Shown: piece by piece, positions 1 to 9,807 of the stretch | Numbering within the stretch: position 1 is the first letter of the stretch | How the letters are laid out: each line of letters begins with the position of its first letter | Assembly: GCA_041697335.1 (NCBI GenBank) | Contig: JBGUGD010000014.1 | Span: 1 to 64,000 of the forward strand | Direction: 5' to 3' | Origin: Vampirovibrionaceae bacterium NZW_1234 | GTDB taxonomy: Bacteria > Cyanobacteriota > Vampirovibrionia > Vampirovibrionales > JAGQHJ01 | DNA: 64,000 nucleotides | The notes under the pieces: model-generated | What the model saw: only the letters and a program-made list of their open reading frames with translations | Database searches by the model: none | Told to the model about the DNA's origin: nothing | Position numbers and translations under genes: made by a program

Positions 1-68
1 ATAGAGCTCATCCCGTAATTTTTTGTTAGAATGAAGGGATTAAAGGGTAGAGTTAGAGAGGGCTTGAG

Positions 69-413
69 ATGACGCTAATCCGATTAAAAGAAGAAGAATG
101 GGCTGAGATTGAACCATTGGTTCCTAAACAAAAGCGGGGACGACCTAGAACACGAAACAAAGAATGCTTTGAGGCGATCTTGTATGTGCTAAAAACAGGC
201 TGTCAGTGGGAGTTTCTACCTGAAGGCTACCCACCCAAAAGTACAGTCAACAAACGGTTTCTGGTCTGGCACAAAGCGGGTTTTTTCCGCAAGTTGTTTG
301 CCAAGACCCGAAGTCCCAAGGTTAGAAATGCCCTTTACCACTTGGATTCCACCGTGAGAATCGCAAAAAGGGGGGCGTTTAATTTCGAAAGCGGGCAAAT
401 ACAAATGCACTAA
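69..413 (+). CDS. IS5-family transposase, N-terminal part (orfA)
   Basis: W..IEPL.P...GRPR, AILYVLKTGCQW..LP..YPP.STV..RF..W, and LDST (first catalytic Asp). Confidence 0.9.
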   Translation: MTLIRLKEEEWAEIEPLVPKQKRGRPRTRNKECFEAILYVLKTGCQWEFLPEGYPPKSTVNKRFLVWHKAGFFRKLFAKTRSPKVRNALYHLDSTVRIAKRGAFNFESGQIQMH

Positions 414-459
414 AATCACCGCCTTTTGTGATGAGGCGGGCGAAACGGTTGATTTTGAT

Positions 460-810
460 TTGGCAGCAGGGGGGCGAAACGATACAAAAGCCTGTATCCC
501 TATTCTACCAAAGATTCCAGCGTGTTCGACAGTCACGATGGACAGAGGCTTTGACGACCAGAAAATACGTCGTAAATGCTGGCGAAAAGGGGTTTCACCG
601 GTCATCCCCAGGCGACAACGTAAAGGAGGCAAGCGTAGGCGAACACCCAAACCTCACTTATACCAAGCCAGATGGAAGGTTGAGTGGCATTTTTCCCGCT
701 ACGACCAATTTAGAAAACTGTCTGTGCGTTACGAGCGGAACCCTTACCATTACAAAGCCTATTGGTACTTGGCTGGAGCCGTTTTAAACCTCTCTCGATT
801 AACGGGATAA
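460..810 (+). CDS. IS5-family transposase, C-terminal DDE part (orfB; frame is open from about 364 and joined via slippage at 365-375)
   Basis: Upstream in-frame KGG..GK.K.TKITAFCDEAG, then DRGFD, LY..RWKVE..F and FRKL.VRYER. Confidence 0.88.
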   Translation: MAAGGRNDTKACIPILPKIPACSTVTMDRGFDDQKIRRKCWRKGVSPVIPRRQRKGGKRRRTPKPHLYQARWKVEWHFSRYDQFRKLSVRYERNPYHYKAYWYLAGAVLNLSRLTG

Positions 811-1145
811 GCTCTACAATAGCTACGTTGTTGAGGTGTAAGGTTGTCTGCCATAATCCAAATCAAATTTGAACATTATTACTACTCATAGTAATTTAAC
901 ATATATAGTCTTGCTAAACTGCTTATGCCCTGGCTATGAAACAACCCAAACAATACAGCATTCTTACCGACTTGCCATATACACCTTACATACACAATAA
1001 AGCTGCTATTAACTATAGGGCATCAATGAAGTTTTTAATTACCATTGAACAGGAGAATCTGCAATAATACTTCCAAATTAACAAGGTACTTGAAGACTTT
1101 CATATGAAAGAAACCAACAACCCCCTGAGTGAAAAGAGGCTAAAC

Positions 1146-1685
1146 TCATTCAATCCTAGAGTCAAAATCGTTCTCACCACGAAAGCGAACATAGTAAATA
1201 TCACTTCTGAGGACGCCTCTATATTCAGTTTTTTGAAGATCGCTTCCAGAGAGACAAACACAGGCTTTCCCTTTATACGTAAGATAGGCCAATACTGTCT
1301 CATAAGACTTTAATGGTATATAGATCGCCGCATTTAAAAAATGGCCTTTCTTTTCAGCCTCAAAAAACCTTTGATAGACCATCCTTCCTATAGTTCTGTC
1401 ATCCTCGTCCTTCGAATACCGTGCCCGTGAGACATACAAAGAATCATTCCCATACATACGAAGAGAGGCATAGAGACCTTTCTTAACTTTTTTATGGGTA
1501 GTGCTCGTATCAACCAAATGACCATTCAGAATGACACTAAAAGACTCTTCAAATTCGGTATCAGATTCAAAAGCATACAAACTTGCATAACGATTAAACT
1601 CAACATCAATTACCCAGTCAGTGATATATACCTCATATAAGAATGTTTTAGAAGCATCTATCTTCTTTCGAAATTTTAAGTTCAT
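1146..1685 (-). CDS. hypothetical protein (AT-rich island cargo)
   Basis: 179-aa ATG ORF in AT-rich DNA; no recognised motif. Confidence 0.6.
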   Translation of the reverse strand: MNLKFRKKIDASKTFLYEVYITDWVIDVEFNRYASLYAFESDTEFEESFSVILNGHLVDTSTTHKKVKKGLYASLRMYGNDSLYVSRARYSKDEDDRTIGRMVYQRFFEAEKKGHFLNAAIYIPLKSYETVLAYLTYKGKACVCLSGSDLQKTEYRGVLRSDIYYVRFRGENDFDSRIE

Positions 1686-2001
1686 TTACACAATCCGCCT
1701 TTCTAGTATTCCGAATCTGTTACCAAGCCAGAGGATTTCCCAAGTTTGCGACTGGCTTAGGACTCCCATACTAAAATGAACAAAGGCCCCCCTGGGCATA
1801 CCCTCGTTGGATCAACTGGATCCTTATAGTAAGGTGGTCGTGTTCGGTGTTCATGTGTTGATCCTGTGTTTTCCTGCACAGAAAAGATAAGTCGCTGCAG
1901 GATTTCGGCAGAAAGCGCCAGAATGCTCAAAGTATCCGCAATTGAATCAAGGAGAACATCCGAGACAATTATGGATACTAAGAGAAGGCTCTATACATAG
2001 T

Positions 2002-2044
2002 CTCATAATCGCTTGGTTGTAGGTTCGAATCCTACTGGGGCCAC
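2002..2044 (+). other. 3' half of tRNA-Ile2/Met (CAT anticodon); probable island att site, not an intact tRNA
   Basis: CTCATAATCGCTTGGTTGTAGGTTCGAATCCTACTGGGGCCAC gives the anticodon loop, T-arm (GTAGG-TTCGAAT-CCTAC) and 3' acceptor strand. No D-arm or 5' acceptor strand upstream. Confidence 0.85.
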
Positions 2045-2063
2045 TTTTGTGTATCTGAGTGCG

Positions 2064-4433
2064 TTAACTTCGGATGCCATCAGGCTTATAAGCGGGATCC
2101 CCGGTTGAAATAAACAGATAAAGCTTGTGGAACCACTCCTGATCCGCTGCTGGCATGGCAAGGAAAGCCTCAGCAACCGTTCTGGTTGTGCTGTACTGGT
2201 TATACAAATACGTATGGGCCAGGTTATGCAAGTGCTGTGATTTTTCGTACGTTAGCGTTCCACCGGCTGTGTGAATATCCTTGATGGGGTATCTCGGATC
2301 GGCAAGACACCACATGATGAGACTAAACAGACTACCCTGGCCATAACCGGGACCGCCATTATCAAGGCGTGGGTCGGCATGCAGGTTGCCTCCCATACCA
2401 GCCCCGCCACCTGGCCCCATAAAGGAGACATAAGTAGGTGTATGGGTTGAAGGATAGACTGGATCAATATTAGGCGGAGGCTGCGTTGGGGTGCATCGAG
2501 GGTTACTGACGCCTAAGGCCTGATCCAGGGTACAGGCATCAGTGGTCACATTGGGGGTGGTGCCGTCAGGGACAAAGGGGTTGGGAGCCACAGCACACCG
2601 GTCATCAATCAGCCCGGCGGTTCCTCGGGCATAATTACCGTTCACGGCAACATCCCCGCCATTTTCTATGGCATCGCCGGCAAAACCGCCTAAGCGACTT
2701 CGGGCATGAATGTTGGAAATGGTCACATCCAGATAATTGGATGTCCAAGCAACCGGCTTGATATCGGTCTGGGTGCCCAAGGGATCAATGATGCGCCTTG
2801 TCCCATCCGCCAACGTTGTAATGGTGATTTGCCCTTGTGGCGACTGAATCGTCGTACCGGCCCCATTCATGGCCGCACCATTAATGGTCAGGACGCCTGT
2901 GTCACTGGATTCAATGATGACACCCGCAATCTCCAGACGGGCTCCGGTGACCACCGCCACGCCATTGGCGTTAATGGCTGTGTTGTGAACATGCAACAGG
3001 AAGGTCTCGGTGGCACTCGTGGAATTATTCCCCGGGGAATAATCGTAGGTCAGCGCCGTCTGCCAGCCTGGGGTATGGAAGTCCGTGTTGTTGGTCTGGC
3101 CGTTCAGACTGATAAAGACGTGCGGATCGCCCCAAATCTCGACTTTATAGTCGGTAAAGGGTTTCGCCAAACACACATCCGGCGGTGGCGGTGGTGGGGG
3201 CGGCGGCGGACATTTCGGATTGACAATGCCGTTGGCATGTTCCAACTTACAGGCATCATTCGTCACATCCGGGGTGGTGCCATCGGGCCTTAAGGGCGGT
3301 GGTGTCACAGCACACGTATCATCAATCAGCCCAGCCGTTCCTCGGGCATAGTTGCCCTTGACATTCACATCGCCCCCATTTTCTATGGCATCGCCTGCAA
3401 AGCCGCCCAAACCGCTTCGGGCACTGATGTTGTTGACCTTGATATCAAGATAATTGGGCTGACCTGCATTTGGCTTAATGGTTGTCCGCGTGCCCAGCGG
3501 ATCCACAATGGTCCGGGTTCCATCCGCATTGATCGTAATCGTCACTTGCCCCTGCTGGGATTGAACCGTCATGGTATTCCCGGCCATGGGCACGCCATTG
3601 ACCGTTAAGGCCCCTGTGGCATCGGAATCAATGGTCACCCCGGCTATTTCCAATCGGGCACCGGTGGCCACAGCCACGCCGTTGGCATTAATGGCCGTAT
3701 TGTGGACATGCAACTGAAAGGCCTCGTGGGCCCCCGTGATGTTGTTGCCGGCCACATAATCATAGGTCAGCGCCGTCTGCCAGCCGGGGGTATGGAAGTC
3801 CGTGTTATTGGTCTGGCCGTTTTTCGTGATGAAGACGTGCGGATCGCCCCAGATTTCAATCTCAAACTCCTTAAACGGGGCCAGCATACACACATCCTTC
3901 GGCGGCGGTGGAGGTGGTGGCGGTGGTGGAGGTGGTGGCGGTGGTGGAGGCGGTGGTGGTGGCGGGGGAGGAGGTGGTGGCGGTGGTGGACATGTGCCTA
4001 CCGGTGGTGCCACAGGGGGGCACACGGGAACCGGCGGCGGACAAAATCCAACGGGTGGCGCCGGAGGCAGACAAGCCCCTATGGGAACTCCCACGGGGGG
4101 TGCACCGCAACTTTGGCCCGTGTTTCCACCCAACATCCAGCCCGGAAGCTGATTTACGTTGCCGATTGCATTCTGAATGCTACCTCCATTGCCAAGAATC
4201 AGTGTGTTATTGTCCGAGCCGCCGCCGGGTCTCCTGAAGAGCATGAGCATGGCGAACAACTGAAACGGGTTTGCACCAAAGCCCATTCCCAAAGCGCCAA
4301 ATCCCCCACCAGACGACTCATACGTTCCTGGTGACGGGCCACCTGACTGAACCCAGGCACCGCGCCGCATGATTGGCTGAGAATTCACGCCACGGTTCAC
4401 AGGACTGGAATAGGCGACATTTCCGAAGGACAT
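2064..4433 (-). CDS. polyproline-linker protein with two tandem WGDPH (MIIA/DUF1521- or VWD-like autocleavage) domains
   Basis: ATG at 4433 with GGAG RBS. Gly-rich leader, Cys/Pro region, about 30 and 10 consecutive Pro, and two ~239-aa repeats each with EIWGDPHV. Confidence 0.8.
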   Translation of the reverse strand: MSFGNVAYSSPVNRGVNSQPIMRRGAWVQSGGPSPGTYESSGGGFGALGMGFGANPFQLFAMLMLFRRPGGGSDNNTLILGNGGSIQNAIGNVNQLPGWMLGGNTGQSCGAPPVGVPIGACLPPAPPVGFCPPPVPVCPPVAPPVGTCPPPPPPPPPPPPPPPPPPPPPPPPPPPPPPKDVCMLAPFKEFEIEIWGDPHVFITKNGQTNNTDFHTPGWQTALTYDYVAGNNITGAHEAFQLHVHNTAINANGVAVATGARLEIAGVTIDSDATGALTVNGVPMAGNTMTVQSQQGQVTITINADGTRTIVDPLGTRTTIKPNAGQPNYLDIKVNNISARSGLGGFAGDAIENGGDVNVKGNYARGTAGLIDDTCAVTPPPLRPDGTTPDVTNDACKLEHANGIVNPKCPPPPPPPPPPDVCLAKPFTDYKVEIWGDPHVFISLNGQTNNTDFHTPGWQTALTYDYSPGNNSTSATETFLLHVHNTAINANGVAVVTGARLEIAGVIIESSDTGVLTINGAAMNGAGTTIQSPQGQITITTLADGTRRIIDPLGTQTDIKPVAWTSNYLDVTISNIHARSRLGGFAGDAIENGGDVAVNGNYARGTAGLIDDRCAVAPNPFVPDGTTPNVTTDACTLDQALGVSNPRCTPTQPPPNIDPVYPSTHTPTYVSFMGPGGGAGMGGNLHADPRLDNGGPGYGQGSLFSLIMWCLADPRYPIKDIHTAGGTLTYEKSQHLHNLAHTYLYNQYSTTRTVAEAFLAMPAADQEWFHKLYLFISTGDPAYKPDGIRS
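2500..3890 (-). repeat. intragenic tandem domain duplication, 717-nt period
   Basis: WGDPH codons at 3837-3851 and 3120-3134. Near-identical blocks NNTDFHTPGWQTALTYDY and LGGFAGDAIENGGDV. Confidence 0.9.
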
Positions 4434-4592
4434 AAGCCACTCCGACAAACACACTAATATATCTAATATATATAAGATTTATCCAGGACCGAAATTGCTC
4501 CGTTTTCGGGAAATGTGAAGCAAACGTAACAAAGCAAATCAGGTAGTTGAGTTTATTCTAGACAGATAAACCAACGCCATATCACTAGACAT

Positions 4593-5345
4593 CTACGGAA
4601 ACTCCCGAGTTCGCTCCACGTGAGCTGGCCCGGTTGCATTCATCACCAGCCCCATGAAAATACGGTGGTTCAAACGATCCGCTTCGCCGGCTCTTCCATT
4701 AATAAACTGGAGTTGATACCCTGTGCGGGTACAGAAGCGCAGAGTAAAGCAGCGTCCCAGGCCAACAAAGGTCCGATTCTGCTCCAATCCCTGTTGGGGG
4801 CCACCGGAAACATTATTTAGATTAAAAACCATATCATTGCTCATCAGAGCCCGCCACCGAGTGTGCCGAATCTGGCGGCCCAAGGACAATCGGTAGGTAC
4901 TCTTGAATGACGTGCCCTCTCCATCAAGAAATTCCTGCTCTGTAAGCACAATATTTGCGACATAAGTTTGTTTTACCTTCCGATGATCAATAAAGGCTTG
5001 GTATAGCCCATTGTTCAACTCGCGAGTTTGCCCGGGGTACTGGCGTATATGGTTGAATCCCGCTTGAACAGCCTGGTTCTTTGAAAGCTCATACTGTACT
5101 CCTGAACTCCAGACCATTCGTCTCAGGTCGGAAACATCATTGCCAATGACCCCTTGATAATCAAACAGCGCGTGTAACTTTTTATACAAGGGTAGTTCCA
5201 GGGAAACAGGAGAAAAAAACTGAACATCCTTTACGATTTCTGCTCTCGCAGTTTCATGCTGGCCCAAACCTCCAAATACAAGAACTGCCAACACGATTAC
5301 AATTATTGCGAAACAGGAGCGATGGGGTCTAGCCATAAAACTCAT
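4593..5345 (-). CDS. DUF2490-like outer-membrane beta-barrel protein
   Basis: Signal peptide, alternating aromatic strands, and C-terminal QNRTFVGLG...GYQLQFIN. Confidence 0.7.
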   Translation of the reverse strand: MSFMARPHRSCFAIIVIVLAVLVFGGLGQHETARAEIVKDVQFFSPVSLELPLYKKLHALFDYQGVIGNDVSDLRRMVWSSGVQYELSKNQAVQAGFNHIRQYPGQTRELNNGLYQAFIDHRKVKQTYVANIVLTEQEFLDGEGTSFKSTYRLSLGRQIRHTRWRALMSNDMVFNLNNVSGGPQQGLEQNRTFVGLGRCFTLRFCTRTGYQLQFINGRAGEADRLNHRIFMGLVMNATGPAHVERTREFP

Positions 5346-5351
5346 CGATGC

Positions 5352-6953
5352 TTACTTCTTCCTGTCACAATAGATCATATGCTTCACAACGGGCGGTGAA
5401 GGCTTCGTGTGGAATTGATTGACACTATCTTGAGCAGCCTTGTCTTCCAGAGTTACCCGCTCATGCTGGCGAAGATGTTCAAGCCAGGACTCTACAACAA
5501 ACTGTTCCACAACGACAGAGGGTTCGGCTATATCCGTATACACCTCCCAGCGAATTGCACCACTGCGCAGTCGGGAAGGTCTTAATGCATAAAGGGCTTT
5601 TAAGAAAGAATCAAGTTGCTCAGGGTTAACAGAATACTCAATCGTAACCAACACAGGACCTTGATCATGGGTAACCTCAGCCTGCGTGAAGGGTGGATAC
5701 CAATGATGAGAAGGCGTCAGCTCCAGGCCTTCCGATGAGGCTAACTTATAGGGAATGATGGTGATCAGACTGACTAGACAACCCATGGCAGCCATTGTCA
5801 AGGAAATTGAAATACTAAACTGAGTCGCCAATGCTCCCCAAACAATACTGCCCAGAGACATACTGCCAAAAAACACAACAAGATAAATTGACAATGCTCT
5901 GGCTTTTACCCAGGAGGGAGAGGAGCTTTGTGCGGCAATATTAAAGCTGGAGAGATTGGCAAGCCATGCAATACCCGCAAAAAACATCAACACACAAAGA
6001 AGGGGGAAATTTTTCAGGTAGGCAAACCCTAAAAACACACACGCAAAGACTGTGGTTGCCAATAAGACAATGATATCCGAAGCCATTTTCTTGCGCAGCT
6101 TGGGTGTTAAAATTGCGCTCGTAATCGCACCTACACCTAAGAATCCCAACAAAATTCCCAGGCTCAGCGGGCCTTGATTAAGCTCTTGCTTGACCACCAA
6201 AGGCAATAGCCCCCAGATGGCACTGCCAAAAAACATAAATGCTCCTGTTCGAATTACCACGGCCTGAAGTGCAGCAGTATGACGAACATATCGAAGGCCA
6301 ACCTTCATGGCGCTAAAAAATCGCTCCGTAGGCAAAACAGACTTCTCAGCCTCACGACGCCAGCGAAATAAAACATAGACCACACCTAAAAAAGTCATGG
6401 CATTCAACAGAAATGCGGCATGGGGTCCTTGAGCAGCCACCACCAAGCCACCTAAGGCAGGTCCGATAGAACGAGCGATATTAATTGCTGAGGATTGCAG
6501 CGAGATTGCATTAGGCAACTGTTCCTTGCTGACGAGCTCAGGTGTAATGGCCTGCCAGGCCGGAGAATTAATCGCCGATCCAATGCTCAAGGCAAATGTA
6601 AACGCTAACAGTATCCATGGGGTAACCCATCCTTGCCAGGCTAAAAATGCCAACAGAAGAGCAGAAAAAAACATCCATACCTGGCTGACCAATAAAATTT
6701 TTCGCCTGTCAAAAACATCGGCAAGGGCACCAGCAGGAATCGCCAATAAAAACATCGGCAACGTTGTTGCCGCCTGCACCAGAGCAACCATAATCGGAGC
6801 AGGCGATAAACTTGTCATTAACCACGAGCTACCCACATCCTGCATCCAAGTGCCTATATTGGATACGATAGTTGCAAGCCATAAACTGCGAAAGACAGAG
6901 TTATGCAATGGACCGGCTGCGGCTTCTTTTCTCATATCAATCCGGGCATTCAT
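5352..6953 (-). CDS. MFS transporter (MFS_3 type) with C-terminal soluble domain
   Basis: FRSLWLATIVSNIGTWMQDVG, AGALAD..DRR, and GPVLVTIEY C-terminal domain. Confidence 0.92.
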   Translation of the reverse strand: MNARIDMRKEAAAGPLHNSVFRSLWLATIVSNIGTWMQDVGSSWLMTSLSPAPIMVALVQAATTLPMFLLAIPAGALADVFDRRKILLVSQVWMFFSALLLAFLAWQGWVTPWILLAFTFALSIGSAINSPAWQAITPELVSKEQLPNAISLQSSAINIARSIGPALGGLVVAAQGPHAAFLLNAMTFLGVVYVLFRWRREAEKSVLPTERFFSAMKVGLRYVRHTAALQAVVIRTGAFMFFGSAIWGLLPLVVKQELNQGPLSLGILLGFLGVGAITSAILTPKLRKKMASDIIVLLATTVFACVFLGFAYLKNFPLLCVLMFFAGIAWLANLSSFNIAAQSSSPSWVKARALSIYLVVFFGSMSLGSIVWGALATQFSISISLTMAAMGCLVSLITIIPYKLASSEGLELTPSHHWYPPFTQAEVTHDQGPVLVTIEYSVNPEQLDSFLKALYALRPSRLRSGAIRWEVYTDIAEPSVVVEQFVVESWLEHLRQHERVTLEDKAAQDSVNQFHTKPSPPVVKHMIYCDRKK

Positions 6954-6972
6954 GGCACAGTAAATCTAGATT

Positions 6973-8844
6973 TTAAAAAGCAAAACATTCACAACCCTGG
7001 CTTCCCCATAAGCCAAAGCCATGATGTAGATGATGCGAAACCGACTGTCGCACCGTCTGAATCAATGAATGTTCCATACAAGAGGTATGTGAATGTGCCT
7101 GTGAGACATCACCAACAAGGGCACAACTTTTTTCTCGGGCATATCCGCCATAAACAGCAACCGGTGACCAATCAGGACTTACAGGCAAGGGTGGGGGAGC
7201 ATAGTGTTCAAATTCCTTGACAGCATAGACAACCCGTCCACCCACCATGGTCATGACAGACTCAAGATGCTTTATCTCGTCCTCTGGAATTGTGAAGAAA
7301 TCACTCGTCAATACTGCTAAATCAGCCAATTTTCCAGGCTCAATGGCTCCTTTGCGGTCTTCTTCCCCGGAGAACCAGGCACTACCCAAGGTATAGAGTC
7401 GAAGTGCTTCCGTTCTCGAACAAAGGTTGTTATGGTCGTATAGCTGGGTACCACCGACCGTTTTGCCTGTGACCAGCCAATAGAGTGATACAAAGGGATT
7501 AAAAGACGCTACTCGTGTCGCATCTGTGCCTGCACCAACGGGAACACCCATATCCAGAATTTTTTGTACAGGGGGAGTTGTTCGTGTAGCTTCGGCACCA
7601 TAACGCTGAATAAAATATTCGCCCTGATAAGCCATCCGATGCTGGACTGCAATTCCCCCTTGCAACGCTCTGACGCGTTCAATGTTTCGCTGATTGATGG
7701 TCTCCGCATGATCGAAAAACCAACGCAAACCGTCAAAGGGAATTTCTCGGTTCACGTCTTCAAACACATCGAGCATACGGCCAATGGATTCATTGTAGGT
7801 CGCATGAATGCGAAAGGGCCAACGATTCGCAACCAGAATCCGAACAACTTCCTTGAGTTCGGTCTCCATGGTCTCGGGCAAATCGGGTCTTGGCTGTAAA
7901 AAATCCTCAAAATCGGCTGCTGAAAATACCAGCATTTCCCCTGCCCCGTTCATTCGAAAAAAGTCGTCACCGTCTCCTGGCTGAGTCATCCGAACCCATT
8001 TGGCAAAGTCGTCTTTTTCCTGCTTGGGGCGCTGCGTAAACAGGTTATACCCAATGCGTACGGTTAATTGCCCAGCTTGATGCAAATGTTGAATTATTTC
8101 ATAGTCTTCGGGGTAATTCTGGAAACCGCCACCGGCATCAATACAACTGGTGACGCCCAACCGGTTCAACTCTTTCATGAAGTGCCTGGTGGAATTGATC
8201 TGATCTTCCGGAGAGAGTTTGGGGCCCTTAGCCAGTGTGGAATACAAAATCAATGCGTTGGGCTTGGCAATAAGCAGGCCAGTAGGATTGCCCTGGCCAT
8301 CGCGCTGAATTTCCCCCCCTGGTGGATCGGGTGTCTCTTTAGTGTAGCCCAACACTCTTAATGCCGTCTGGTTGAGCAAAGCACGATCGTATAGATGCAA
8401 AATAAAGACCGGTGTATCTGGCGCGGCGTGGTTGATCTCATCCAGGGTGGGCATACGACGTTCTTGAAATTGAAACTCAGACCAGCCACCTACAACCCGA
8501 ACCCATTGAGGAGCAGGGGTCCGTTCAGCTTGTTTACGAAGCATGCTCAGGGCATCTGCCAAAGAGGGAACCCCATCCCAGCGCAGCTCCATATTATAGT
8601 TCAAGCCACCTCGTATCAGATGCAAGTGTGAGTCATTTAACCCCGGAATCACAGTATGGCCTTTTAAATCAATAACCATGGTTTCGGGACCTTGAAACGC
8701 AAGGACCTCTGCCTCTGACCCGACAGCCAAAAACCGTTCGTCGGCAATGGCAACAGCGGATACAAAAGTATTGTTTCGATCAAGTGTGGCAATACGCCCA
8801 TTCACCAGAATGGTTTTCGCTGTCGGATTGGTCATGGCAGTCAT
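6973..8844 (-). CDS. amidohydrolase (YtcJ-like, Amidohydro_3)
   Basis: PGLNDSHLH, RIHATY, FDHAET, GAGTDATR, GKLADLAVL. Confidence 0.93.
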   Translation of the reverse strand: MTAMTNPTAKTILVNGRIATLDRNNTFVSAVAIADERFLAVGSEAEVLAFQGPETMVIDLKGHTVIPGLNDSHLHLIRGGLNYNMELRWDGVPSLADALSMLRKQAERTPAPQWVRVVGGWSEFQFQERRMPTLDEINHAAPDTPVFILHLYDRALLNQTALRVLGYTKETPDPPGGEIQRDGQGNPTGLLIAKPNALILYSTLAKGPKLSPEDQINSTRHFMKELNRLGVTSCIDAGGGFQNYPEDYEIIQHLHQAGQLTVRIGYNLFTQRPKQEKDDFAKWVRMTQPGDGDDFFRMNGAGEMLVFSAADFEDFLQPRPDLPETMETELKEVVRILVANRWPFRIHATYNESIGRMLDVFEDVNREIPFDGLRWFFDHAETINQRNIERVRALQGGIAVQHRMAYQGEYFIQRYGAEATRTTPPVQKILDMGVPVGAGTDATRVASFNPFVSLYWLVTGKTVGGTQLYDHNNLCSRTEALRLYTLGSAWFSGEEDRKGAIEPGKLADLAVLTSDFFTIPEDEIKHLESVMTMVGGRVVYAVKEFEHYAPPPLPVSPDWSPVAVYGGYAREKSCALVGDVSQAHSHTSCMEHSLIQTVRQSVSHHLHHGFGLWGSQGCECFAF

Positions 8845-8887
8845 CCTTATTCGATTCGAATTTTAGACTCGATGTGTTGGTATATTT

Positions 8888-9562
8888 TTAATGAACCAAG
8901 CTGGCTTCTTTATGGACCAAGCGCGGCGGTTGGCCATGAACCATGGTGTAGGCATAGTCCACACCCATACCATAAGCGCCAGAATGCTGGCTAACAATGT
9001 CTATTACAGCGTTATAGGTTTCTTTCTTAGCCCAGTCACGTTGGAACTCAAGCAGTACTTGCTGCCAAGTTACAGGTACAGCTCCGGCTTGAACCATGCG
9101 GGTGATGGCAGTATCATGAGCCACTTGAGAGGTTCCACCAGAGGCGTCCACAACAATGTAAACCTCATAACCATCTTCAATGGCTTGAATGGTTGGAAAT
9201 GCTAAACAGACTTCAGTCCACAGGGCAGCCATAACCAGCTTTTTCCGACCGGCTTTCTCAACTGCGGCTTTAAAATTAACATCTTCCCATGAATTCATAC
9301 TGCTCCGCTCGATAGGTTCCTGGCCAGGAAAGACATCCAGTAATTCAGGCCACATGTAGCCACTGAACGCTTTTGTTTCAACCGTCGTCAAAATAGTCGG
9401 GACGTTAAATACCTTGGCAGACTTGGCTAAAGCGATGGTATTGTTTTTCAACGTCTGACGATCGATATTCGCCACACCAAAAGCCATTTGAGGCTGATGA
9501 TCGATAAAAATGACCGTACAATTCTCTGGGGTCAGTAACCCGTGAACGTTGGGCTGGGACAT
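8888..9562 (-). CDS. ycaC: YcaC-like isochorismatase-family cysteine hydrolase
   Basis: FIDHQPQM, RSSMNSWED, ALWTEVC, DASGG, ELLEFQRDW-type motif. Confidence 0.9.
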   Translation of the reverse strand: MSQPNVHGLLTPENCTVIFIDHQPQMAFGVANIDRQTLKNNTIALAKSAKVFNVPTILTTVETKAFSGYMWPELLDVFPGQEPIERSSMNSWEDVNFKAAVEKAGRKKLVMAALWTEVCLAFPTIQAIEDGYEVYIVVDASGGTSQVAHDTAITRMVQAGAVPVTWQQVLLEFQRDWAKKETYNAVIDIVSQHSGAYGMGVDYAYTMVHGQPPRLVHKEASLVH

Positions 9563-9710
9563 GGATTCCGTCTCCTTTAATCAATTTACCGTTAACGTTG
9601 GGCCTGGAATTGTTGTTCAAATGTACCAAGGTATTGGAATTACCTCGAAACAAGACTTCTCACTGTATCACACCTCATATTCTTTTAAAATAAAGCGTTT
9701 CAATATTGCT

Positions 9711-9743
9711 ATTCTTGATACAAAGATACTTTATATAAAGATA
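9711..9743. promoter_or_regulatory. tandem degenerate MarR/MhqR-type operators
   Basis: ATTCTTGATACAAAGATA followed by CTTTATATAAAGATA, in the divergent ycaC/marR gap; matches the palindrome at 11642. Confidence 0.6.
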
Positions 9744-9807
9744 ATTGTGTTATACTACCAAAACAAAGGAAATCATCCACAATTAACATCTCAGAAGGAA
9801 AATCGCC

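Larger units (their letters stand above)
4..814 (+). mobile_element. IS5-family insertion sequence (IS427/IS1031-like, two-ORF)
   Basis: Terminal inverted repeats GAGCTCATCCCGT (4-16) and ACGGGATAAGCTC (802-814) match at 12/13. TA flanks both ends (2-3, 815-816). Encloses split transposase ORFs. Confidence 0.9.

Noticed and set aside
1981..2050. Intact tRNA gene
   Set aside because: No D-arm or 5' acceptor strand and no CCA; reported as an att fragment instead.
3702..4334. Plus-strand poly-Gly, (RWW)n and (VVA)n ORFs
   Set aside because: Shadow frames of the minus-strand polyproline tract.
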